This document shows, in pieces, positions 52,222-61,107 of a stretch of DNA of 64,000 nucleotides. Position numbers and translations under genes: made by a program. Below the pieces are notes generated by a model. That model did not search any database. It was not told the DNA's origin and saw only the letters and a program-made list of their open reading frames with translations. Origin of the DNA: an uncultured Leptospirales bacterium (GTDB taxonomy: Bacteria > Spirochaetota > UBA4802 > UBA5550); the NCBI GenBank assembly GCA_964392365.1, contig CAYMPH010000011.1, positions 29,851-93,850 of the forward strand. The letters are read 5' to 3'. How positions within the stretch are numbered: position 1 is the first letter of the stretch; each line of letters opens with the position of its first letter.

Positions 52222-52281
52222 GATTAAAATCCACAACTCAGGAAAACCTTCACCCGTTTTTTATTTAGGAGAGGGTGAACA

Positions 52282-53787
52282 TTAACGCTGGTCGAGCGGA
52301 GACGAGACCACAGTAAATAAATGATTCATATATTCAAAATGCGCTGCTTCGTATATATTATCTTTAAATCTGAATCTGCTTATATTTTTTCCTGTTTCAA
52401 CAATAACTGCTTCTTTCCAGGCATCTGCAAGATTTGATCTGAAAGCTTTTACTGCACATTCCTTTACAGACCATATTCTAAGTGATGCTTTATTTTTATT
52501 ATCTGATTTTTCCACCAGTATAATTTCATCTTCATTCATAAAAGTGGATTTTGTTTTGTTTACTCTGTCTGATATTTCTTCAACATCAACGCCGATGAAT
52601 CCATTGCCTGCCAATGCAATTGCAAATCTTGAATCATGCGAAACACTGCAATTCATTTCAATACTGTTTCCGCAGATTGGAAAATTATCTGAATCTACAG
52701 TATTGATCTTTTCAGGAGAAATATTATAATCATTTGAAAGTTTTCTTGTGAGAATTTTACACGCAAGTCTTGCTGATGTGAAACTTTTTATCCTTTTTTC
52801 TAACATGGATTTTGATCTTTCAAGTTCAATGTCAGAAAAAGTTTTTCCTGAGAACGGGGCATCCTTTCCGACTTCTACAAGTGAATAGCCTGCATAATGC
52901 AGCAGAAAATCATTTAATCTTTTTTCATCAGAAATACCATTAGAAATCCATTCTGGTGCTTTCAGTTTCCCTGCAGTTACATCCGACATTTTCAAATTTG
53001 AAACTGATTCCATTAGAATCCCGTCCATGCTGTAAATGTAAATATTATAATAGTTTGTATTTTTTTCAGTACTTACAGGAATAATTCTTGTGTGATATAA
53101 TCCGTTTTTTTCAGTCTGATGATATATGGTTCTGTTTTCGAATCCTACGGGAAATCCGGTAAATCCGCTGTATCTCTGCCCCCAGACGCATGCTATATGA
53201 AAAGCAGCATCAAGAGGAAACGGCGATCCAAGAGGTCCGGGAAAAAATTCTGCTGTTCCTCCTGAAATTGTTCCCATAGCTCCGCTTCGGGAAATATAAA
53301 TTTTATCTACTGCATTTCTGAAGCTTTTAAGAAATGGAACAAGTTCTTCATATAGTTTATCCGGCGATATTTCTGTAACAGGCCCTTCAATAATGCACGC
53401 TGTATCAAGCGGTATGGATTTTGTTTCATTAATTTTTAAATTAAAAATAACTTTCGCATTTTCGACTTTCCGTTTTATAGAACCGTCTTTTGATGATTTA
53501 ATTGTGGATATAGTTGCAGAAATTTCTGTGTCAGAAAAATTAAAATCTGCAATTGCTTCGAGAGTTTTCTGATCAGGAGTTATCTCAATGAACCTGCTGA
53601 ATGCGGCAGAGGTTATTGTATTGATATTAATATCAGGCATAATGCTTTGAAGTGCTGATGCGAGAAACTGCATTTCTTCAACAGCAGGAACAACAATTTT
53701 GCCGTTGAACTGATGGTCTTTGATATAATTTCTTATATCAATTTTCAGCGGCATAGATTTAGTATTTACTGAGGAAATGTTTTCCAT
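52282..53787 (-). CDS. PKS-type dehydratase fused to Sfp-type 4'-phosphopantetheinyl transferase
   Basis: DH motifs DHQFNGKIVVP (HxxxGxxxxP) and LDAAFH; PPTase motifs SVSHD, IGVDVE and WSVKECAVKA. Confidence 0.8.
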   Translation of the reverse strand: MENISSVNTKSMPLKIDIRNYIKDHQFNGKIVVPAVEEMQFLASALQSIMPDININTITSAAFSRFIEITPDQKTLEAIADFNFSDTEISATISTIKSSKDGSIKRKVENAKVIFNLKINETKSIPLDTACIIEGPVTEISPDKLYEELVPFLKSFRNAVDKIYISRSGAMGTISGGTAEFFPGPLGSPFPLDAAFHIACVWGQRYSGFTGFPVGFENRTIYHQTEKNGLYHTRIIPVSTEKNTNYYNIYIYSMDGILMESVSNLKMSDVTAGKLKAPEWISNGISDEKRLNDFLLHYAGYSLVEVGKDAPFSGKTFSDIELERSKSMLEKRIKSFTSARLACKILTRKLSNDYNISPEKINTVDSDNFPICGNSIEMNCSVSHDSRFAIALAGNGFIGVDVEEISDRVNKTKSTFMNEDEIILVEKSDNKNKASLRIWSVKECAVKAFRSNLADAWKEAVIVETGKNISRFRFKDNIYEAAHFEYMNHLFTVVSSPLDQR

Positions 53788-54245
53788 AATTCAACTGTTT
53801 TCGGGTCAACAGCAACGGGCATTCCTGAAAGATTTAATGCGCAGTGTCTTGTATGACCTGAACAGATCAGTTTGTAATTATCAGCATGAGTTATTATATA
53901 GTCAAATCTTAAGCGTACTCTTTCAAGTGCAACAGGCCTTGTATGAACGTACATTTTATCGTCATAGTATAGCGGAAAATAAAAATCAATTCCAAGATCA
54001 ATAATAGGATAAACGTATCCGCTGTCTTCGATTTCTTTGTATGGGTATGCAGAGTCTCTCATGAGAGAGGCGCGGCCGTGTTCAAAATATCTTAAATAGT
54101 TTGCGTGATAAACAACCTGGGATCTGTCTGTATCTGCATAGAGAGTTCTGTATTCGCATCTGTGCCAGACAAGGCCTGTTGTTTTGTCGCGCATGTAAAT
54201 ACTGTCGCCGTTTATCGGTTCCGGTATAAATGGTTTTGGTTTCAA
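53766..54245 (-). CDS. YbgC/FadM-type acyl-thioester hydrolase
   Basis: YADTD...VVYHANYLRYFEHGR hot-dog thioesterase motif. Confidence 0.9.
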   Translation of the reverse strand: MKPKPFIPEPINGDSIYMRDKTTGLVWHRCEYRTLYADTDRSQVVYHANYLRYFEHGRASLMRDSAYPYKEIEDSGYVYPIIDLGIDFYFPLYYDDKMYVHTRPVALERVRLRFDYIITHADNYKLICSGHTRHCALNLSGMPVAVDPKTVELWKTFPQ

Positions 54246-55511
54246 TTAAGGCCTCCTGAATACAACGCAGCAGTTTGTTCCGCCGAATCCGAACGCGTTT
54301 GACAAAAAAATATCGTAATCAGATTTTCTCGCATTATTGGGAACAACATCAATATTGTCAAATGCAGGATCCGGAATATGATTTATAGTAGGAAGAATAT
54401 ATCCTTTGTTCATTGCTTCAATCGAGAATGCAGCTTCAATTGCTGCAGCTGCTCCGAGCGTATGGCCAATCTGAGATTTGTTTGATGATACAGGAATTTT
54501 TGAAATATTTTTTCCGAATACTGTTCTCAGGCACTCAACCTCGGTTTCATCACCGCGCGCTGTTGATGTACCGTGCGCATTTACATATTGTATATCTTCA
54601 GGCTGAAGTTCCGCATCAAAAATAGAATCATTGATTGACCGGATTATTGTTTCAGGATTCGGTCGGATAAAATGATGCGCATCTGAAGTCCATCCTATTC
54701 CGAGAACTTCAGCCTTTGGCGTGAGCCCGTGCGCTTTAACTGCTTCCTCAGCTGCAAGAACCAGAACTCCCGCACCTTCGGATAAAATGAATCCCTTCCT
54801 GTCTATGCTGAATGGACGTGATGCCTGGCCCGGATCGCTGAATGCGCGGTCTGTTTCCTTTACTTTAAAGGTGGCATTCATGTTTTCAAAGCCGTGTATG
54901 ATTTCAGGCAGGATGCAGGTATCGACTCCGCCTGCTAAAACAAAATCGCAGTCCCCGTCTCTTATCATGCGTGAACCGATTCCGATTGCGTGATTACCTG
55001 AAGCGCAGGCTCCCTGTGGTGAAAAAATGGGGCCTGTAAATCCAAGCAGCATTCCTGCTTTGCCTGATGGAAGATTTGAACAGAGATTAGGCAGCAGATA
55101 CGGGCTTACTTTTAGATGACCTTTTTTAGTCAGGTTATCCATTGCTGTTCTGTATGCGTCTGATCCGTTGAGAGCTGATCCTATAAGGCATGCAGTTCTC
55201 GGCGCAGTTTGTGGGTTCATTTCAATCCCGGAGTTTTCAAGCGCTTCTTTGCATACTGCCATGGTAAGCAGAACGAACATCGCATTCCAGTGGTAGATTT
55301 CCTTTTCATCAGCAAAGCCGAGCTTGTGCGGGTCCCATTCCGGAATTTCACCTACAATGCTGCTCGAAGCATTAATTTTGCATCTTGTAATTTTGCTGAA
55401 GCCTGCTTCGCCGTTAAGTGCTCTGGCAAAAGATTTATCAAAAGTAGAGCCAAGAGGCGTTGCTGCTCCATAGCCTACAATAAAAACGCGTCTGTTTTTC
55501 GGTGCTCTCAT
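54246..55511 (-). CDS. FabF-like beta-ketoacyl-ACP synthase
   Basis: Catalytic GACASG, HGTST and GHTLG; SNAFGFGG. Confidence 0.93.
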   Translation of the reverse strand: MRAPKNRRVFIVGYGAATPLGSTFDKSFARALNGEAGFSKITRCKINASSSIVGEIPEWDPHKLGFADEKEIYHWNAMFVLLTMAVCKEALENSGIEMNPQTAPRTACLIGSALNGSDAYRTAMDNLTKKGHLKVSPYLLPNLCSNLPSGKAGMLLGFTGPIFSPQGACASGNHAIGIGSRMIRDGDCDFVLAGGVDTCILPEIIHGFENMNATFKVKETDRAFSDPGQASRPFSIDRKGFILSEGAGVLVLAAEEAVKAHGLTPKAEVLGIGWTSDAHHFIRPNPETIIRSINDSIFDAELQPEDIQYVNAHGTSTARGDETEVECLRTVFGKNISKIPVSSNKSQIGHTLGAAAAIEAAFSIEAMNKGYILPTINHIPDPAFDNIDVVPNNARKSDYDIFLSNAFGFGGTNCCVVFRRP

Positions 55512-55524
55512 TTATGTCAAATTC

Positions 55525-56772
55525 CTAATTTACTTTTTTAAAAACTATACAGGAGTTACAGCCTCCGAAACCGAAGGAATTTTTCAACAAAAATTCCTGT
55601 GAGACCTTTCTCGCGCCTTCAGATACACAGTCAATTGCAATTTCAGGATCAGGCGTGTAATTTATCGTAGGGAGAAGAATATCATTCTTCATTCCGTGCA
55701 TTGCAAAAATAGATTCTATTGCGCTTGAAGCTCCCATTGAATGGCCGATTAAAGACTTGTTGGCTGATACCGGCGGTATTTTATCTCCGAAAATGCTGGT
55801 AAGAGCATCGTATTCGATTTTGTCTCCGATTTTTGTGGAGGTGCCGTGAGCGTTCACTGCATCTATATCCGCTGAAGATATTCCTGCTTTCGAAATTGAT
55901 TCGCTTATGCATCTTGATACAGTTGCGAGATTCGGAGCTACAAAATGATTTGCATCAGAAGTCATGGAATAACCGGCAATTTCAATTTCATATTTTATTC
56001 CGTGGGCTTTTGCATATTCTTCTGAGCATATGATAATTGCACCTGATCCCTCTGATATAATAAAACCTTTTCTATCAATAGAAAAAGGCCTGCTTGCTTT
56101 TTTGGGATCATCATCCGGTACGCCAGGTTTTGATTTGAAAGCCCCGTTCATTGTTGCAAATCCGGCAACTATAGGCTCAACAAGGCACGCATCAACTGCA
56201 CCGCAGATTACTGCATCTGCCATATTATTTTCAATCAGCATTGATCCTATTATCATTGAAGTGGCGCCTGTTGCACACGCGGTTATTGTTGATGTAATGG
56301 GGCCAGTAGCTCCGGTTAAAATAGAAACTTTTCCGCCAATCATGTTTATGCAGGAATTGGGATTTGTAAACGGGTGAGGAAGTTTTCCGGACGCTATCAT
56401 TTTTCTGTCCGCATTTAATACTGCATCTAAACCGCCGACTGCAGTACTGAATGTAATGCCGATTCTATGTGCGTTTTCAGGAGTGATTTCAATTGAGCTG
56501 TTTTTCAGAGCGCGGAAAGCAGTTAGCATTCCATATTTAAAAATTGGAGCTGTCCAGTGTGCCATTTCACGAGGTCTTAAAAACGGATAAGGATCGACAT
56601 CAATTTCCTGAATCTCTCCGGCAATCTTTACCGGGAACTCATCATTATATTCAAACCGTGTGAGTTTACCTATACCGCTTTCGCCATTCAGGGCTCTATC
56701 CCAGGCTGGAAGAAAATCATTGCCGAGTGATGATACAGCATCGTATCCGGCAATTACGACTTTTTTTTTCAT
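55525..56772 (-). CDS. FabF-like beta-ketoacyl-ACP synthase
   Basis: Catalytic TACATG, HGTST and GHSMG; KNSFGFGG. Confidence 0.93.
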   Translation of the reverse strand: MKKKVVIAGYDAVSSLGNDFLPAWDRALNGESGIGKLTRFEYNDEFPVKIAGEIQEIDVDPYPFLRPREMAHWTAPIFKYGMLTAFRALKNSSIEITPENAHRIGITFSTAVGGLDAVLNADRKMIASGKLPHPFTNPNSCINMIGGKVSILTGATGPITSTITACATGATSMIIGSMLIENNMADAVICGAVDACLVEPIVAGFATMNGAFKSKPGVPDDDPKKASRPFSIDRKGFIISEGSGAIIICSEEYAKAHGIKYEIEIAGYSMTSDANHFVAPNLATVSRCISESISKAGISSADIDAVNAHGTSTKIGDKIEYDALTSIFGDKIPPVSANKSLIGHSMGASSAIESIFAMHGMKNDILLPTINYTPDPEIAIDCVSEGARKVSQEFLLKNSFGFGGCNSCIVFKKVN

Positions 56773-56781
56773 CTGGAGATT

Positions 56782-57780
56782 CTACCAGGGAATAAATTTA
56801 TAGAGCTTGGCAAACATTTCATAAACCTCAATCCAGTTCTGAAGGTCTTCTGTTGTTCTGATATGGTCTCTTTTGTTGACCATAATCCAGCTCATTGTAG
56901 CAGCACCGTCTTTACATGTTGTGCAGTCCCTTGTTTCCGATGTGCAGCATCTATGCGTTGTTTTAAGATCCGATGCATATCTGATAAATCTGATAAGCCT
57001 TTTCGGCTGCGGATCTCTCTTGTCGAATGATTCAGTTACAGAAGGGCACTCATTCCAGCCGAACGGCCGTCCAAGCATTTTACCTTCTGTGATAACTTTA
57101 TGATAATATTTAGATGATATAACCGTGTCAGGATATTTGTCGAGCATTGCGTCCATTTCGTTTTTTACATTTAGAAGCTGTTCTGTTGTCCATGAAAAAC
57201 CATCCACGCTTTCATCGTTTGATAACAGCTGCATATGCACTTTGAGTCCTGCATCGCGGATTTTTTTAATTACAGTTTCAGTTTTGCCTATCTGCCTTGG
57301 TGTAATTGTGTACAGATAATATGTGTACTGATCGCCTTCATAGTTTTTTCTGGAAGTGCCGAATGTATTTTTCCCGCGGAGAACAATCTCATCCTCTTCA
57401 TCGCCCCAGAGTGAAATTCCAACCATCATGTCAGGAAATCTGTCGCGCGGGACTTTTATTATGCCGTTCGTTGCGCAGTATGTAGGAAGTTTTTTGTAGA
57501 AAGCTTCAACTCTGTCGAGATATAGTGTTGGCTCGCCGCCAATAAGAATAGCAAGATTTACTCCGCGTTCTTTTTCCTTGTCAATAAATTCATCCCATTT
57601 GTTTATATCAGGCTCATCTTCTCCAACCTTGTGCTCGTTTGAAGAAAAGAAAAAACATCCCTTGCACCTGAGATTGCATTTATTTGTTAAATCGTAGATA
57701 GAACTTCTGATATTAAGCTTCGATATATTTTTATATCTGTCGTGCCATTCTTTATTTAAAAGTGAACTGACTGTTACCAT
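56782..57780 (-). CDS. Radical SAM protein (paralog B)
   Basis: CNLRCKGC, GGEP, TNG; C-terminal CPS...CC.....C..C. Confidence 0.9.
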   Translation of the reverse strand: MVTVSSLLNKEWHDRYKNISKLNIRSSIYDLTNKCNLRCKGCFFFSSNEHKVGEDEPDINKWDEFIDKEKERGVNLAILIGGEPTLYLDRVEAFYKKLPTYCATNGIIKVPRDRFPDMMVGISLWGDEEDEIVLRGKNTFGTSRKNYEGDQYTYYLYTITPRQIGKTETVIKKIRDAGLKVHMQLLSNDESVDGFSWTTEQLLNVKNEMDAMLDKYPDTVISSKYYHKVITEGKMLGRPFGWNECPSVTESFDKRDPQPKRLIRFIRYASDLKTTHRCCTSETRDCTTCKDGAATMSWIMVNKRDHIRTTEDLQNWIEVYEMFAKLYKFIPW

Positions 57781-57798
57781 TAATTACCCTCTGTATTA

Positions 57799-58881
57799 TT
57801 AAAGTTCCCGGCCTGGAGCCGGAATTAGTTTATTGCAAAGATTCTTCCCTTTTTCATATCCCATAACCCATACTGCAAGATATGTATCAACAAAATCAAG
57901 CCATGATCTGAATTGATCCGGATTGGCTGCATGCCTGTAAAGTCTTGCAGTAACAACAGCGCTTGCTGCAGCATAGTGCCTGCAGTCAGGGCAGTCTGTA
58001 TCCGGAACGCAGCAAGCAACATCACGGTCCCAGGAAAGATCGGCCCTGTACTGCCTGAATGATCTTCCAAGACCAATATCTTCAGAAGGATTCATTCTCG
58101 GATATGAACAGCTGTAAAGATCATGTAATCCGTCTTTTGATGTATGTGCTATAATATTATAATATGAAAAAAGTACATTATCCGGGTATTTTTCAAGAAC
58201 ATCTGTCATTGCTTTACGTACAGCAAGCAACGTTTTTTCAGTGTGTCTCAGATGACCTGTATATCCGACAGGTGAGGAAAACATATTGAATGTAATTTTA
58301 CAGTTATTGGCTGCAATTATTTCCATTACTTCATATATTTCATTAACATTTTCGCTTGTGAAGGTATATACAAATACTGCTCTCGGATCGTCTTTGTAGT
58401 TTTCAATCTGTTTAATAAGTAGATTTTTAGCATTGCGTATTCTATCGCTGGATGAGTCGTTTCCCCATACAGAAATATGAAGTTTGTATCCGACAGATTC
58501 AGAAATTTTTTTAAAGCCGTTTGTTGCAATGCTGCCAAGAGGCATTTCATCATAGCATGCCTGTAAAATATCAGGAACAAGTGAAGGCTCAGCTCCTGCA
58601 AGAACAACATATGTTATGCCGCGAGCTTTTTCCTCTTTCATCAGTGCGCGCCATGCTTCGGGATCGTTGTTTTCTTTTGCGAACTGTTTGTCACCCTCGA
58701 AATAATAACAGCCGTTGCAGCGGATGTTGCACCTGTTGGTCATGTCATAGGTTGTTTCTCTGAGGAAGAAAAATTTTCTAACCTTCTCCCATCTTTCCCT
58801 TATCTCCGGATCTTTTAAAAGATCTGAAAATTTCCATTTTTCAGTTTCAGGCAGAGTTGTTTTTTCAATTTTTGAATTCAT
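57799..58881 (-). CDS. Radical SAM protein (paralog A)
   Basis: CNIRCNGC, GAEP, TNG; C-terminal CSY...CC.....C..C. Start reassigned to ATG 58881, just after the ACP stop. Confidence 0.9.
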   Translation of the reverse strand: MNSKIEKTTLPETEKWKFSDLLKDPEIRERWEKVRKFFFLRETTYDMTNRCNIRCNGCYYFEGDKQFAKENNDPEAWRALMKEEKARGITYVVLAGAEPSLVPDILQACYDEMPLGSIATNGFKKISESVGYKLHISVWGNDSSSDRIRNAKNLLIKQIENYKDDPRAVFVYTFTSENVNEIYEVMEIIAANNCKITFNMFSSPVGYTGHLRHTEKTLLAVRKAMTDVLEKYPDNVLFSYYNIIAHTSKDGLHDLYSCSYPRMNPSEDIGLGRSFRQYRADLSWDRDVACCVPDTDCPDCRHYAAASAVVTARLYRHAANPDQFRSWLDFVDTYLAVWVMGYEKGKNLCNKLIPAPGREL

Positions 58882-58888
58882 TTTTTTA

Positions 58889-59140
58889 TCAGGATATTTT
58901 TTCTTTAATATAATCAGCGATTTTGGAAACTGTTGAAAGTTTTGGATAATCGTCTTCATCTATTGTTATGCTGAATTCATCCTGTAAAACCAGTACAACT
59001 GTGGTAAGATCCATGCTGTCAATTCCCAGCTCATCAACAAGGTCAAGATCAACTTTAAATGTATCAGCAGTTGTATCTTCAAGCTTGAGCTCATCAATAA
59101 GAATTTGTGCAACCTTAAGCTGAATTTCTTTTTTATCCAT
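58889..59140 (-). CDS. Acyl carrier protein
   Basis: Acidic 83-aa protein with ELGIDSMD phosphopantetheine site; GGAGG RBS. Confidence 0.95.
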   Translation of the reverse strand: MDKKEIQLKVAQILIDELKLEDTTADTFKVDLDLVDELGIDSMDLTTVVLVLQDEFSITIDEDDYPKLSTVSKIADYIKEKIS

Positions 59141-59182
59141 TTTAAATAATCCTCCAGAATATTATAACATAATGCTTTATTT

Positions 59183-59539
59183 TTAATTTAAAGTTTCAAG
59201 AATTCCGCTGCAGGCCAGTTCGTCTTTCACATGTATTTTAAAATTGTAAATATCCGGGTTTTCAGAATTCCTTTTTATACTGATATTAATTTCTTCATCA
59301 GGTGAAATAAGCCTTCGAAATCTAACACGCCTTATTGATTTTATCTTTATATCAGTATTGCCTTTAAATGATTCGTGATTTTGAATAGCCTCAAACACCA
59401 TTGCGGTTTGAGCTATTCCAGGCAGTATCGGCTTATCATCAAAATGGCCGTCAAACCATAAAGAATTTCCCCCGGTTTCAGCTGTTGATGAAAATTCAAG
59501 GCCGCTAATTTCATTTATTTCTGATAATTTATGCCACAT
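59183..59539 (-). CDS. FabA/FabZ-like (ApeI-like) 3-hydroxyacyl-ACP dehydratase
   Basis: WFDGHF..KPILPG motif and VRFRRLISP. Confidence 0.8.
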   Translation of the reverse strand: MWHKLSEINEISGLEFSSTAETGGNSLWFDGHFDDKPILPGIAQTAMVFEAIQNHESFKGNTDIKIKSIRRVRFRRLISPDEEINISIKRNSENPDIYNFKIHVKDELACSGILETLN

Positions 59540-59646
59540 TTTTCAGACATTAATCCAAAAAGCAAAATTTATACAGCTTATTGTAAATCCGGTAGAGGGG
59601 CTTGAGTGTCAACAAAAAAAAAGAGGACATGATTTAAAAAAATTTA

Positions 59647-61107
59647 TTATTTCTTTTTTATAGCTTTTGCTTCAATAAGCATTCCGCCGTTGATAATAGA
59701 ACGGAACAAATGCCCTGATACTTTAATATCTGAAAATCCGGCTTGTTTCATATATCTCCTGATTTCCCGGCTGCTCCTTGCCCTGAGCCATACTCCCTGC
59801 CTCAATGCATTCCCGATTTGGACAAAAAATCTGAATATAGACCTGCGGGAGGTTATAAAATATATTACGCCACCGGGTTTTAATGATAAATATGCTTTAC
59901 TGATTATTCCTTCAAGATCATAAATATATTCAAGTGCGGAAAACGAGCAGATTGCATCATATTTTTTATCAGAATTAAATTCCTCGATATCTGTAACAAC
60001 AGTTGTGATATTTTTTATTTTATTCTGATCAGCTTTGTTTCTAAGGACATTAAGCATGTTTGATGATATATCAGCCGCAAATACCTGTTTAACTTTTTTT
60101 GCAATTGGCAGAGTGAACCTGCCTGTTCCTGCGCCAAGTTCAAGGACTGTAAAATTCTTTTTTAAATCTGATTCAAATGAAGTTAAAAAAAGTTCCCATT
60201 CTTTCTGTCTTGCAGGTGAAACAGAAACTTTAGATTGCTCAGTATCATAATTCTGGCCAAGATCGTCATAAAAAGCTTCAGCAGGATTTTTGCTTTTTTT
60301 CTTCCCGGTCATTATTTCTCTGCCTGTAAGTTCAGACAAAGGAACTATATTGAAATTTTTATTTTTTATACCAAAAATCAGTTTTTCAAATTCAGATATC
60401 AAATAATCCGCAGTGGAGTTCTTTGGAAATGTATCATGAAGGAGAATAATATCCCGGGCTTTAACTTTTTTTAAAATTTTACCTGATAAATTTTTAATCT
60501 TTCTATTGCCTATGTCGCAGGCTTTAACGCTGAAATTTACGCAGAATAAATTTTCTTCAATGAGCAATTTCCACAATCTCGGGCTTGTTATTCCAACAGG
60601 AGGCCTGAAAGCGCGGGTTTCAACTCCGAAAGATTTAATGACATTGCAGGCTTTATTTATTTCAGATTCAAGCTCCCGGTAGGATTTCAGCATTATAAAA
60701 GGATTATGGCTGTATGTATGATTGCAGATTTCATGACCGTCTTTTAAAATATTCCGTATAATCTCAGGATGTTTTTCCGCATTTATTCCGGTAACGAAAA
60801 ATGATGCTTTCAGGCTGTGTTTTTTTAAAAGTTTTAAAACAAGCGGGGTTATAACCGGATCAGGCCCATCATCAAAGGTAAGAGAAACCGAATCAGGAAG
60901 TATGCCTTTGCTTGTAACAGGAAGAAAAAAGCTTGTGCGCGGAAAAAATGGAGCAGCTGCGCAAATAATAATAAACAGTACAAGTGGAATAAAGAAATAT
61001 TCCGGAGCAATAAACAGAAGAGCTGCTGCAGTCTGGAATGCTCCAATGCCGAAAAGATGAGCAGGAGCAAGAGGAAATATAAGTGGACCTTTTTTTAAAT
61101 TTTTCAT
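59647..61107 (-). CDS. Membrane-anchored polysaccharide deacetylase fused to class I SAM methyltransferase
   Basis: NodB motifs TFDDGP, NHTYSH, FRPPVG and ILLHD; methyltransferase motifs LELGAGTG, DIS..ML and LKPGG. Confidence 0.85.
   Translation of the reverse strand: MKNLKKGPLIFPLAPAHLFGIGAFQTAAALLFIAPEYFFIPLVLFIIICAAAPFFPRTSFFLPVTSKGILPDSVSLTFDDGPDPVITPLVLKLLKKHSLKASFFVTGINAEKHPEIIRNILKDGHEICNHTYSHNPFIMLKSYRELESEINKACNVIKSFGVETRAFRPPVGITSPRLWKLLIEENLFCVNFSVKACDIGNRKIKNLSGKILKKVKARDIILLHDTFPKNSTADYLISEFEKLIFGIKNKNFNIVPLSELTGREIMTGKKKSKNPAEAFYDDLGQNYDTEQSKVSVSPARQKEWELFLTSFESDLKKNFTVLELGAGTGRFTLPIAKKVKQVFAADISSNMLNVLRNKADQNKIKNITTVVTDIEEFNSDKKYDAICSFSALEYIYDLEGIISKAYLSLKPGGVIYFITSRRSIFRFFVQIGNALRQGVWLRARSSREIRRYMKQAGFSDIKVSGHLFRSIINGGMLIEAKAIKKK

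Noticed and set aside
58882-58959. N-terminal extension of the radical SAM ORF overlapping the ACP
   Set aside because: It overlaps the ACP gene in another frame; ATG 58881 just after the ACP stop is more plausible.
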